Shown here piece by piece: positions 1 to 13,199 of a stretch of DNA of 64,000 nucleotides. The notes beneath the pieces were generated by a model. That model saw only the letters and a list, made by a program, of their open reading frames with translations. It searched no databases and had not been told where the DNA came from. How positions within the stretch are numbered: the stretch's first letter is position 1; the number at the start of each line of letters is the position of its first letter. The position numbers and the translations under genes were made by a program. The stretch lies in NCBI GenBank assembly GCA_013265495.1, contig MU063048.1, positions 3,472,001-3,536,000 on the forward strand. Direction: 5' to 3'. Source of the DNA: Vicugna vicugna (Eukaryota).

Positions 1-3000
1 CAAGGGAGCGTGTCCTTCCAAGGGTTGGGTCAGGCGCGGACACGCCTCCTATTTCAGTGGTGGAGGTGGACGTGACAGAGGTGGTGGGGGGAATTCAGAG
101 CAGACACCGTTTGTGCAGACAGTTGAACATGCTTGTTCGAGAAAGATTAAATCAACACAGTGTCTTTGTTGCTTTTTTTCCCCCCAAACACTTCCACATT
201 TGTCACTGTATCTTAGCTTCACAATAATCTCTGAAACTAGAAGAAATAAGCCCCTCTAAGGGAGAGAAACACAGATTTTAAGAGGGGAAATGTCTTCCTC
301 AGGGGACACAGTTGGTCAGCAGAAATGTCACTGGAACCCAGCTTCCTGGCTGTGGACCAGTGATCAGTGTGACAGAGAAGATCAAAACCAGGAGTTAACA
401 TTTCATGCATCTGTAGAGGCTGCTTTCTTTGGGGCTTCTGATGGCTCCGAGCAGAGCACTCCATTGAGCAGTGGCAGAGAGCAGCTTGCGTCTGGCCCTG
501 CCTCCACAAACCCCGGCGTGGAAGCCCCCGGAGCCCAGCTCCGGGAAGGCGGGCACAGCTCGCCGGGCCCTCTTGCCTGCGGGGCGCCACCTGGTACTCC
601 CCAAGCGCCTCAGCACCTCAGCCGGGTTCACTCTGCTTTGCTTAAGCTTAGACACCACTGCTGATGGCCATCATAGCCATGAAAATCAACTTCTCAAAAC
701 GTGGATATCATAGACCAGTGCATTTTCTAGGTCTTCTGTTGTTGCTCTGCTCAGCGCAAGTCAGAGAGCACGGGAAGTTCCGTATCCCTGACGGTGGTCT
801 TTGAATGACTAGTGGTGTCCTGCTGGATTGTAAGTGGCCCGGAGGAGACATGCAGGTCTGGGCCGACCTCACCAGGCTATTTGCAAACAGGCAAGCTCAC
901 GCCCAAGTGGTCTGTCGTCTGGAACTGGTGAGCCGAGTGGCAGAGAGAGCGTGTGGGCTCAGGAAGGCGGCAGGTGAGGGTCACTGATAGACAAAGGGGA
1001 CCAGCTGAGTTTCGTGGCATCTATCCCCAGAGGTCATCCGTCGGCTCAGGTGGCCTCCACTGAGTCTGAGCCCCAGAACATGACGGGGTTGCTGTCCCAG
1101 GGAGCGTGGGACCAGCGCAGGCGGGTGTCGGGTTACGGGCAGTGTTAGTGGGAGCAGGGTGATGTTTCCTTAAATAGACCGGCTAACAGCAGTCCCTTTT
1201 CTGCTTCAAAACAAAGGATGAGAAAAACCTGCCTCAAATGCCAGTTCTGACACGTCTTCTGCCATGCCCTCACCTGCAAAGTGTGCGCCTTTCGTTTATC
1301 AGTTATGTCTTTACAGAAGCACCTCTGTCCGGGATACTGTGACGGCAGCCAGGAGCTTTTGTCATCGTGCAAAACGATGGTCAGTTCTTTGTTGCTCTTT
1401 GGAATGAAATTCTCAGAGCCTGCTTTAAAATTCTACACCTTAAAAGTTGCCTTCTTTCTTTTAAACCAAAGATACCCAAGGTTAGCATGACTTAAAAATA
1501 GTTTTTAATTAGTAGATAGTGTTACGTATGAAATGCCCGTCTCAGATGCCCTTCCAAAGCATCTTTGCACGTCAGGGCTTCTCAGATACCCTGTAAAAGC
1601 TCGTTCATGAACCAGCGTGTTCATTCCATGGGGCTGACACCCCGCAGAAAAGTCAGAAATTTTCTTCCTATGTCATTCTAAACAAAGTTTGAAAATAAAA
1701 GGTCTTCCCTCATTTCATTCCATCTTTACTGAGCCACGGGCAAGAGAATTTAATGAGAAAATTTGGCAGTAACTGGTAGCTAAGGACATTAGGATATGGA
1801 CCTTCTGGGGGTAAAAATAGAGGCTGCTACCACACCAAAAACACCAACAAAAATTTGTAACTTGCATTCATCAAGAAAATGTCATGCTATACTCGCTTTA
1901 TTCCTTTTTCTCCTGGGTTACTAAACTGGCTGACGGGGGGGGGGGTGCCACGAGTCAGATTAATCTCTGCAATGACGTTTCTTACCATGTCTTGTGGGTA
2001 ATTCAGAGGCGTGCAGACTGCATGAAAGAAGAGCCGGTGGAGTTGTGGTGAATCAGAGAACCGTCCTCAGTGCGTGTTAGCTGTGGACGGACAACTGGGG
2101 CCGTGGTCCCCAGTGTGTCCTCTGCTGTGGCTCGTGTGGAGGATGGCTGTTCCCATCCCGTTCTTGCGTCCACGGTGGTGTGCAGGGGGTGCACAGGCCA
2201 GCAGACTGGCCGCAGGTCCACCCCATCCCTCCTGTTCAAGAGAACTTACCTGGAGATGAGTTAGTGCAGGAGACATTATCATGAGAATAAACTTACTTTT
2301 GTGGTTTGGAAAACGAAAGGCCGGCAGGTTTCAGAACCAAGGATGTCATTAGTTACAAGCATTGATGCTGCTGTACGTCAATCTCTGCTCTGATGTGGCC
2401 CCTTGTCCCTCGCCTCAGCCTGCTCAGCCTTTTAAACTCAGCTTTAAAGAATACAAAAATGTGTGCTTCGAATCTCCCAAGGAACCCTGTGGCTTGAGAG
2501 CTTCCAGCCCCACAGTGGAGAGGAGCCTGCAGGAGTGAGGCCTCCTTCAAAACAGGAGGTGGCTTTCAGTGCCAAAAACCTATGGATGTGGGAAGCTTTA
2601 AAATAGTATGTAAAAGCAGTTAATTTTTAAGAATGAAATTTTGATGTTCCATCTAAAAGGTTTTATTTCTCTAAGTCTTGCTGCAAATGGATTTCTGTCA
2701 TAAACAGAAATGTCAACATGATCAGTTACTACTTAGGTAAATATTTTAAAGAAACGATTTCTTATTTTCATGAAATACATGATCGAGTATAAAGATTTTC
2801 TTTAATTTCATCTTAGGACGGTTGGTCCCTTGAGGTCAGCGACCCTGTCCTCTCTGCTGTCTCTAGCAGACACCCTGAAGTTTGGTGACATAAACGCTAG
2901 TTCACAAACCTGACAGAGGAGTCTTGGCTGTGACAGAACTGACTTTCCACTCAAGACAAACTCTGCAAAATTGCAGGGATAGGACCTTGGTGAGCTAACC

Positions 3001-3249
3001 CCCGGGCAGCTGTTCCCAACCCTTGGTGGCACATTAGTCACACAAGTTGCACAAGGAAATACACAGCATGCCCCTTAAAATGGAATTTCAGATTAAACAA
3101 TGAATGGTTTTTTTTAATGTAAGTACATCCCAAATATTGCAAGGGACATACTTGCATTAAAAATTGCTCATCTGAATTTAAGTTTAACTGGGCATCGTAT
3201 GTTTTCGTTTGCTAAATCTGACAAATCTAAGCCTTCAGAAAATCCTGAG

Positions 3250-3372
3250 CTGTGGGCCCCACTCCAGGGGTCTGGGCACAGTCGGCTTGGAACGGGACGC
3301 CAGGATTGCTAATTTTCAAGGCTCTCCAGGTGGTTCTATCGTGCAGCTGGCGCTGAGGGTCGCTGCTCTGTA
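3250..3372. mobile_element. MER5-family (hAT-Charlie) DNA transposon relic
   Basis: gggacgccaggattgctaattttcaaggctctccaggtggttct resembles the MER5 internal motif; boundaries approximate. Confidence 0.5.
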
Positions 3373-6300
3373 ATGTGCATTTCGACTCTGAACCTGTTCT
3401 TATGACCTCCAGTTGTAAGGGCCCACCTCCTTTCCAAGGGATCCTGGGCCCTGGCTTCCTGCAGGCCGACTTCAGGGAGCTGTGGACCCACAGGCTTGCA
3501 GTGAGGCAGCAGACACTAGCGGCTGTGACCCCTCTGCCCTTCCTTAGACGGGGAGCTTTGTTCTAGCAAAGTCTCCCCATTAGGATTCTTGGGAAGTGAA
3601 GTGTGTCTGCCCGGACACTGGGCCCCTTTCCGCACATTGGACTGTTACGTGCGGTTGATCCTGGGCTCTGCACAGTCACACATGTGTCGCTCACTCCTTG
3701 GGCACCCTGAGTTCTCGTGTGGGCTTCCTGGGCCTGTGTGCCCACAGCAGGGCACCCCGTCTCCCATGGAGGCCCCAGACATTGGGACCAGGCTCTGCTG
3801 TCCCATCTCAAGCTGTGGTTGTGTGTGTGAGGGCTGAGTGCAGACCTCGAGCCTGTTGGGTCCCCCGCCCCCCTAGGACTGTGACTGCGTCCTGGGACCC
3901 ACGCTCAGCATGGGGCCCCCTTTCAAGATTTGTCCTCTCAGCCAGGATTCAGAGCAGGGTTTCTCTGGATCCCCACTTATTTTTCCCTCCTCACTCGTTG
4001 GAGTCCTGGTGCCTGTCGTGTGCCTAATCCCTGGAGCCACCCCTGGCCTTGGGGCTAGGATAGGTGAGCCTCCTCCATGGACTTTGCCCTGTGGGAGGGT
4101 TGGGTCTCCAGGGCATGGCTCAGTCTGGCCTGTCTGCTTTGAGCGGGACCCCGTGCCTCACTGGCAGGTCTACAGATAAAATACTAGTGTTCTAGCATTG
4201 CCGACTGAGACAGGGGCAACCGAAGGCAAGCGGGTATAAGATGTTGGGGTCTATTTTAGATTTGTACCGTTCCAAATCCTTAGAGCATGACCAAATGTTA
4301 AGATCTGGTAATTATTGGGATTATGGGATTAAAGACAGAATTTTGAGATCATTTGTATAGAGTTTAGATGAGAGCGTCAGTGAGTTCTCCGAGGAGAGTC
4401 GCAGATGTCAAATACACCACTCAGTGAGGAGCCCGGTGGAGCGGGCTGGTGGCCAAAGCAGGAAGAAATGCCAGACCGTTGTCAGTTTCTGGTCGTGCAT
4501 AGATCATAAGCACCACTAATGGGAGCAGGTCTAACTAGGATGGAGTGAAAGTGTCGTCTCAGAGAATGGGCATCCTCCGAAACCTGAGAGGCACATGGCT
4601 TATGGAGGGAGATTAAACTTTTAGATATTTTTACACGTGCTCGTTTAGAAAGAAACCAGATAGTGTTTGCAAGGAGATGACCTTGTAGGAAAAATACTGA
4701 GGCGTCGCAGCCAGAAGACGAGCTCAGTCTTAATGACGCCTTCTGCACTGGGGGGTGCCGTGCAGGGAAGAGAGCAGAGCGTTTAACCTGAGCGGGAGTA
4801 CAGCACAACACGCCAGGAGATTAAGTGGGAGGAACATATAGTCCCAGATAGAAACAAAACACAGCCCTGTGAGAAGCTGAGAACTGCCTGAATCCCTGAG
4901 CGTGTTAGTAACTAATTAACTGGCGGGCTACCTGAGACTAATGGCACTGATGGCTTAAGTCACAGTAAATCTGAGTGGATAATTCCTTCTGTGTTGTTAG
5001 TGGAGGAAGTGGCTTTTCTCCTTTCATGGCCAAAATTCATGAGGACGAAGGCCACATGTGGTGGCAAGTCTGAAGGTAAACTTTGATAAGTAGTAATCAG
5101 CTCTCAGGCGTCTTCTGAAAAAAATGATTTGGAAAACTATTGCAAGAGAATGTAACAAAATATAATACTTGAAGGCAAAATTTTAAGAACAGAGTTTTCA
5201 TCAAAGAATATCACTCGGAAGCCCACGTTTTTGTTATTTCTAAGCCCAAGTATGTTGACAGATTTGGTCAGCTTCCCCAGCTTCTATTTTGGAGCTGATA
5301 TTCTTTCATTGGTGCTTGAATTTAGTAAGGAAACTTATCTTAACAGTGTTAATTATTAAAATAAAAAATTATTTACAGGAAGTATATCTAGATATAAGGT
5401 TAGGATTAATTCTATCATAATTCCTATTTTTAATTTTTAATAAAGATATTAGTTCATCTGGGGGAAAAGGTTATATACACTTTGCAGATGTGAATTTGGT
5501 TAAATCAGTATTGACAGGAGCAATATTTAATACAAATATGGATGATTATGAAATGTATGTAAATGGTATGCCATTTCATTAAAAATATATACCCATGTTA
5601 TAAAATAGTCTTAGTTACTTAATCACTTGAAAAAAGCCCAAATTTTAGCATTTTGAGTTGAGGATTTTCTTGCAGCTGGAGTCCCCATTTTATAGAATGT
5701 GGATTTTTATAGGCTTTGTAATCTTCATCTGGTTAATTTTCTCTAAAATTAAAAAAAAAACCCTGCATTTTGTAACTCTCATCTGGTTAATTTTCTTTTA
5801 AAATTAGAAAAAAAAAAACCTGCTCTTGAGTTTGACATTAGCTGTCAGAACTTTTCGTAGAGAGAGAAATGGGAGGTGATACTAAGTACAACTTGTAAAA
5901 AGCACTTACTAGTTTTTATAACATCTACCTGGAAACCGAACTTATCTATCTTTAAATAGCACTACTTCTCTGTTACATAGGAAGCGTTGGTGCCCGTGTG
6001 AGTAATTCTGTGGAGTGAATAGAAAGCAAAGAGCAGCGCTGTGATAGCACGTGGGGAAGTGTCCACGCTCAGATCTGACCCATGTGGCTTTGTGAGCTAC
6101 ATACCTGTGCAAACGCACTCGCCAGCGATGAGGTCAGTTTGAAAAGTATATTGCTTATAACGGAATTAAACCAAAACGAGGAATTTTACAGTGATTATAA
6201 ATGCCAAATTGAACTGATCTCATTAAATGTGAAATTCAAGAATATTTAGACTGTTGCTTGAATTTTAATACATGAAAATAATGAGATGTGGCCAGAAGAG

Positions 6301-6754
6301 CTGGAAAAAGTTACTTCTATTTTTTTTTCCTTTAAGCAGTTTCTCATTTCACAGTCTAGGTGTGTTTTCTGGAATTTGATGAAATAGCCTAGCCTGTGAG
6401 CATGACGCATGCAGCGCCCCGCAGTTAACAGGGGAGGAGGAAACCTGCGTCGGCCCCGTGGTTTTATACGAGTGTTTTACCCGTGGCTTTTACCTGACGC
6501 TGCTGCCTTGGTGTAAGTCAGCGCGCGCAGAGAAGAGCGCCTCCCGCGCGGCCGCAGGCCGTGAACATCGGGGAGGCAGAGTTTTACACGAGGCTCTTCA
6601 CTGAAGACAGACTGGGATTCTGCTCTCGGAACCCACAGGTGGACTTCCCACCTGTGAGCGCGTGGTTCCGAGGCAGCGTCCCCTGGCCGTGGGCATTTCT
6701 CTGTTCGCTGCTATTCTGGGCGCTAGTCCAGCAAACAGCGTCCGCGAGGGCGCA

Positions 6755-7020
6755 CGGGCTCTTGGCTGTTGTGAGGGACTCCGCTGTGGACTTCGGGGCG
6801 CAGGATCTTTTCACGTCAGTGTTTTTGTTTTTTGGATGCTACGCAGGAGTGGAACTACTGGGTCATTCTATTCTGGTTCTATTCTGAGTTTTCTGAGAAA
6901 CCTCCATGTTGTTTTCCATAGCGGCTGCACCAATTTTCACATTCCCACGAGCAGAGTCCATGGGTTCCCCTTTCTCTACATCCTCACCAACATTTGTTAT
7001 TTGTAGACGTTTTGACGACA
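6755..7020 (-). mobile_element. L1 (L1M-type) 3' fragment, GC-shifted
   Basis: ggagtggaactactgggtcat...gagaaacctccatgttgttttccatagcggctgcaccaattttcacattcccac...catcctcaccaacatttgttatt matches the antisense L1 ORF2 end/3' UTR pattern. Confidence 0.85.
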
Positions 7021-10000
7021 GCCCCCCTCTTCTTATAAGTGCTCCACTGGGAGACTCATCTAAACCTCCCTCCTCCCGGCACCGTCATCGGGGTCAGGGC
7101 GGCACCGTGTGGACAGCGGAGGGACACGAGCATTCGGTCTGCACCAGAGCCTTCCCGCCTCAGGGCTGCTGTTTTCAGGAGAGACCCCAGAGATCGGCGG
7201 GAGGTTCCAGGCCCATGACATCAAGTCTTCGTTCTCTTCTGAGCCCCTGCAGGGACTCCTGCACGCTCCGCAGAGGCCGCCGACACTCTACACGGGGCTG
7301 GACTTCCACCGCCCGTGCCCGTCACAGGACGCACCACCCCCCAACTGCGCCCCCCCCCGCACCCCGGCCCCGAGCTTCCCCGAGGATGACGCTCCCTCTC
7401 CATGGGTGGAGGCGAGATTCAGATACAAGGCCGTGATAAATATTTTGTGAACTATTTCTTCCCACCAAGTCATTACGTTTGTTACCCAGGTCAACGCGTT
7501 CAAATTTCAGTGCGCGTGGGGACCGGTTACGGTGCAGGTCCCGATTCGGTAGGTGGCGGGGAGGGGCTGAGGGTGGCGTTTCTAACGAGCTCTCAGGGGA
7601 TGCTGTCCTCTGACCTGCTTTGGGTAGGAGGGACTGGACAGCTAACGTTTGGGATAGTCATAAAAGATTCGTTTATATCTACAGAGTTTGCACTACAGTC
7701 CAAATTCAGAGACTTCTGAAGAGCCTTTTTAAAGCCACTTTGCTCTGTAGCATGTTTGCAAAATTTGCTGCCCTGGGGAAGAAGCGGAAAGGCAAACCAA
7801 GGGAGGGCAAATATTTTGCTCAGTTAATGTAAGTTCAGATCTCCAAACTTCCTTAAAAGCAAGGGACCACACATCACCTCACCTTGGGGAATGGTGGGCT
7901 CCCTGAGCCCCCAGCAGTGTGCCCACCTCCGTGAGCAGCCTGCGTGGAGAGGCTGAGTTGAGCCTCGACTGCTTACTCAGAGCAGGAGACAGGAGATGGA
8001 GTGATGAAAGCGAGCCTGAAATAAAAACTAAAAAGCATACTGAGAACGCCACGTGAAATGAATCCTTATAAAACTGTCTGCGGCGGAAAGGAATCAAAGG
8101 GTTTTATTAGGTGACGAAAAAACGTTGTAAACTTCATATGAAAACATTCCAGGGTCGGGTCTTCTGTAGAATGAGAGAAGAATTTTACTGAGTAAAACTC
8201 ATTTTAATCAAATGAATACCAGGGAGCTCTAATTCCATTTATACCTGCATTTGAAATTGGTTATTAACACACACGCGTGCACACACACACACGCATCTTG
8301 CCATTCATTGGTGACCTTGCTGCCCAGTCTTTAACGTACTCAGATGCTATTCTGGTGACAGACTCCCAAGAAGGCAGGGGCAATACCACTCTGGGGCGAA
8401 GTATATGAATAATTCTACACCTTGCCAGGCGTTTGTCCGTTTCGACCTTTCTCCCTTCCTCTGCTCACCATCATTTTGGTGGAGGAATGAACTCACTTGC
8501 AGTCACTCAGTTTTGACCAGGAAGCAAGGCAGAGGATTCCAGGCGGAGGAGGATGCCAGGTGGCGGGAAATGCTGGCTTCTTCTTGGCTCGCCCTCCCTG
8601 GATGACCCCTGAGATCATCTTGGAGGGGAGGGCTGTGGTCTCTGGGGCTGTGCCCCTAGACTCATTTGCACATGGGTCCCTGGGTGGCAGGCGAGGAAGA
8701 GGCAGGGGTTTGCTGGGTAAGCCGTCCAGGAGAGGATCAAGGACCCTGGATGGGGGGTGGGAGGCGGCAGGGATTAAGAGAAACAGGACCTCACCAGGGT
8801 TTTGCTGTTGTTCACACTGTGGCGGAGCAGAGCAGCCTGGGTGGTAAGAAGAACCAAAATCCCTTGAAAAGCCCGAGTGGTGGGGCCGGAGCTAACAGAA
8901 CTGTGGCTCCCACATGTATATTACAATCGGGGGGGTAGGGTCAGGGCCCCAAAATTTACTGTCCAGGGCCCTCTTAGGCGATTTTATCAGACTCTTCAGG
9001 GCTGGGGCCCAACCACCTTCTGGGTGGTTGAGAAGCACCGTGTCAGAGCCAAGGAGAGGCTGGGCAGCTAGGGGAGGCGGGGCCGGCACGTGGAGCCAGC
9101 GGGCAGTGTCACGTTGACGGCTCATGGGGCCGGTGGGCAGCATCATGTGGGGCAGACAGAGCAGGTGCAGGTCAGAGGGCTGAGCATTTCTGTTTGGGGA
9201 GGACAGGAGAGGTGGCGGTGGGAAGAAGGCAAAAGAACGCGAATCAGTTATAAGATGTCTCAGGTTGGCTCATCCATCAGCCATGAGACGAGGGAAAATA
9301 AAACCTTTGTGTTCCAAGTACTCAAGTGACTGACTGTTTGGGAGAAGAGTCTTTGCTCCAGGTTCACTCTAACCAGTTCTTTTAAAATCTACAAAGTCAG
9401 GCCGGACAGAAGAGTGGAGGAGAGCATATATTTTTAACAATCTGTTGCTGTGGTCCGCAGCCTGGACCTCACTGTGTTAACCCTGGGCCTTCACACCCTG
9501 GCGTTAACGCAGCCTGTGGCCCACACTGTCTCGGCTGCACCGGGGGTTAAGGGGATGAGAAAACTTGGAAGTGTATTTAAATTAAGGGAAGTCTGTAGTC
9601 GATAAGGAAAAGCTGACGGAGCATCTGACCAGTGCCGGCCCGTGGGTCTCCTCTGGCTGGCGGAGGCTGCTCCCTGGCGGCATGCTGCTGTGTTCTGGTG
9701 ATGTGGATGCATCTTAGAATCAAATGAAAGTAAAATTACCCACGTAGCTTCACTTGACAGGTGGTCCAGTTAGACTCTCCTGAACCAGCACCTTTGATTT
9801 CAGGCTCGTTCTTGACACACACTCGTGAGGATGGTTTCTGTTTACTGGATGAAGTCTGTCCATAGGACTGTCAGTCTTCTTGGCAGGGTCCTGTTCTCAG
9901 GAGACCGTCTGATTGTCCCTGATGTTTTCCGCAGCCTGGGGAGGGTCCTCCCACGGGGCTCTGAGGTCGAGGTCAGCACCCCTCTTCCTGCAGTCATCCA

Positions 10001-12818
10001 GGTCCTGTCCTGCGGGGCCCTGCACATCATGAAGCGGGCTGTCTTGGCCAGAGATTTTAGGATGTTTTCTTACTTAACGCGCAGGGAATTTGAGTGTGCC
10101 CTGAGGAGGAAGAGAAGTAGATTGACAAATGATCTCTATAATTATCTCGTATGCTCAGGCAAGAAAACATGGTTTTAATGTTGTTTTCTGAGAATTCCCC
10201 TCTTTGTCTTCGTCTCAGCTCATTTTTTTTCTCTCTCCCCCATGAGGAGCCTAATCAACGTTTAACAAGGTCATTATAAATTGTTACAATTTTACTTTGG
10301 TATTTCTAGTCATCAGGTTAAAATGACCCCGAAGTCTTCATTTTGGTTTCTCCATAAGCAGTAATATGAAAAGCTCTCAGCTCAGGGCCCGGTTTAGTCG
10401 TGTCCTGCTGTGATGTTAAGAAAAGTTTTTGTAGGAACTATAATCCCGCAGTGCAGGGTTGTGGGCATCACTTAACATCAGGCAAGTGACACAGAGAGTG
10501 TGAGCATCAGTGACAAGATGCATTTCAGCTGGTGCCCGGGCTGGTCTCCCTTTTCAGTGATGCGGAAAGGGTGTTCTCACCAGGAGGTCACCCGCCCGGA
10601 AGGCACCCCTTCCTTCGCTCACAAGGGCTCAGCGAGCCTTTCTAGAGCCCTAACCCTCTGTGTGGTGCTGGGGGAGCAGAGGTGTGGAGAGAGGCCCGCG
10701 TCCCGGTGCGGGAGCAGGCATGTCAGCAGGCGACGGTACGAGATCCTGGGAAGCGATCCCGTGTCCTCGGCATTCAGAGGAGGCAGCGACCGTCTTAGTC
10801 TTTCTGTTCTTTTAAAGTTCAAGCCATTTCAGGACTGACTTTGAAAACTGATTTTTGTTGAATGGGAATGAAAGAGGGACCAGGCAAAGCTGTTCGGTTG
10901 AGTTGGTTTCCCTTTTGGTTCTTCCACCGCTCGGGGGAAGGACAAGTGTGGGGTGGTGCTGGGGCCGCGGCGGGAGTGAACGCAGGGCCCCGGCGGCCGG
11001 CACACACCTGTGCCCCGGGGTTGCTTCCGCTAGAGGTCTCGAGTGCATGGCTCTAAGTGAAATGATGACAGAGACCAGAGTCCGAAGTGCATACAATTGG
11101 TCTAATCTGTCAAGAAAGTCATTTGAGGAATGAATCCTGATCTCTTAAAAGCAGTACTTTGCTGCAGGAGAAAAAGTTTGCAAGAATCCAGCTGAGAGTT
11201 CTAATGAGATACTTGCCATCGGACCTGCTGATTAGAATGATTCTTCTCTAAACACGTATTTCAGGAAAGCAGAACATGAGAAAGAGTGTTATCTCTAAAA
11301 ATGGTCTCCAGATTATTTTGATTTTGCACTGCTGTCAGTAAAATATGTTTAAGCATATGCCAATATGTTTGTTCATCTATACATTATATAAATGGATAAG
11401 TAATACATGTATATTTATTTCTATAAACAACATGAGAAATATTAAAACCATAAATTGTATGTGTCCAATTTTACTAATGAATGTTTTAAAACAGGAGTAA
11501 AATATACATTTTGAGAGAGTGGAGAATGAATGGAAATTAGTTCTAATGTTTCCTTTACGCTCCCCGAGGACTAGCTGACCCGCTGTGGGTACATAGATGC
11601 ACTCAGGACACAGGTCCAGGACACGGGGCAGAGTGGAGGGAGCAGAACTGTGTCCTGAGCACGTGGACATTTTGGCCAAATCCCCCTTTTCCCTGTGTCA
11701 TTCTAAATCCACTGATACTATAAAAGGAATGAGGAAATGGTTACCGGAGGAATCCGTGTGTGAATATGTGAGTAATGAGTAAGTGGACAAATGAGAGACT
11801 GTGTGTGCAGGGGCCTTGTGCTCGTCTGGGCCAGCAGTGTGAATTCAGCAAAGAAGCACAACATCTGACAAGATTTTTACCCCTTAGCACAGGGTGATCA
11901 TAATCCTTCTGGGACATTATACTTACTAGCGCTGACCAGTCCTCTTTAATCAGCACAAACACGTCCAGTTTGGGGCAACAAACAAGATATATGTATAGTC
12001 CTGGGCGTCCTATTTTAGCAACTTGGAAACGCTAAGTGAAAACTTGGTACTGAAGTTGCTGTCCAGAAATGGAAAAGAAGAAATCCATCTGTTTTCTGGG
12101 AGCCCTTCAGCTCAGAATTCCTCCAGATGTCAGTATCACACAGGGAAATGAAAATGTAACAGCCCGGGGCAATGAGTAGAGACCTTCTTTCGTTATTTAG
12201 ACGGTAAAACACATCTCATATATAACTGGAGGGAAAAGCCAGCCTTGTTTGGAAGCTGGTTTCTTACCTTCCTCAGAATCGACAGCTTCTCCTGTTGGTC
12301 ACGTGAGACCACTTCACACAGAGAACGTGAGCGCCACCTGTGAGCAGCCATCACCCAGAGACGGCCCTGGAGGCCGGTGCTGAGGGGTCAGCACGCCACG
12401 GGGGCTTCCAGCCAGATTCTCCACTTCCCATATTTTGATGGACTGGAATCGACTGACAGACACCAGTTTTCTTGAATAAATCCACCTGTGCTTTTACCAT
12501 CACATTCACAGAACAAACCCAGGAGAACAGTGCCCGTCCACCAGCAGTTCCACTTCGGAAGAGCAGCACTGAAAGGCAAAGTTATATGATCCCTGTAACA
12601 CAATATATTGAACTGTCTTATTTGACTCATCTTCAAAACTGGACTGAAATTCTCTTTCTCTCCTCTCTTCCATGTTAATTCTAATCTTTTGGCTGACAAA
12701 TATTTATTTCTTTACTAATTTGTTTCCATTTTGTGCTCTTTTAATCTTTTCTCTTGTCTCGGTGCTGGCTGTGTGGTAGATATTCAATCAATGTTAATGA
12801 TATGCTTTGCCTATAATC

Positions 12819-12949
12819 AGTTTTTAATTTTTGGGGGGGGTAATTAGATTTCTTTGTTGGTTTATTTATAATGGAGGTACTGGGATTGAACCCAGGAATT
12901 TGCATATGCTAAGCACACACTCGACCACTGAGCTATACCTTCCCCACTA
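12819..12949 (-). mobile_element. tRNA-derived SINE of camelid Vic-1 type, with 14-bp target site duplication
   Basis: Reverse complement reads GGGGAAGGTATAGCTCAGTGG (A box)...GGGTTCAATCCCAGTACCTCC (B box), then an A-rich tail; TSD ctttgcctataatc at 12805-12818 and 12950-12963. Confidence 0.88.
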
Positions 12950-12987
12950 CTTTGCCTATAATCTTCTCTTCCTTTTTTACAGAGCGA

Positions 12988-13199
12988 CAGTACATCATAG
13001 TATAATTGAGAGTATAGACTGAAGTATACAACTGTGTTAGAATCCTGGTTAAACCATTTCTGAATTATATAACCCTGTGAAATTATCCAACTTAATTGTA
13101 AAATAGGGTAATAGTATCTTATCCCAAAAGGTTGCTATGAGGAACAACTTAGTTAATAATGCAATGTGCTTAGAAGCTGCCCAGTATGTAGTCAGTACT
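12988..13199 (+). mobile_element. MIR SINE relic (truncated by gap)
   Basis: ttgtaaaatagggtaatagtatcttatcccaaaaggttgctatgagga...aatgtgcttagaa...gtagtcagtact follows the MIR core and tail. Confidence 0.7.

Noticed and set aside
1492-1501. MEF2-type TTAAAAATAG (also 14728-14737, and CTAAAAATAA at 26379-26388)
   Set aside because: Fits a muscle gene, but this degenerate 10-mer is expected several times in 64 kb by chance; no independent support.
7685-7828. 144-nt open phase-2/2 segment ending in a strong donor (ttaat|gtaagt)
   Set aside because: Mediocre acceptor, no recognisable peptide, and no phase-2 partner upstream; could be chance.
11602-11660. 12-bp inverted repeat ctcaggacacag / ctgtgtcctgag
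   Set aside because: Short stem with a long loop; not pre-miRNA-like and no TIR/TSD context.
12870-12945. tRNA-like sequence
   Set aside because: It is the head of the SINE (A-rich tail and TSD present), not a tRNA gene.
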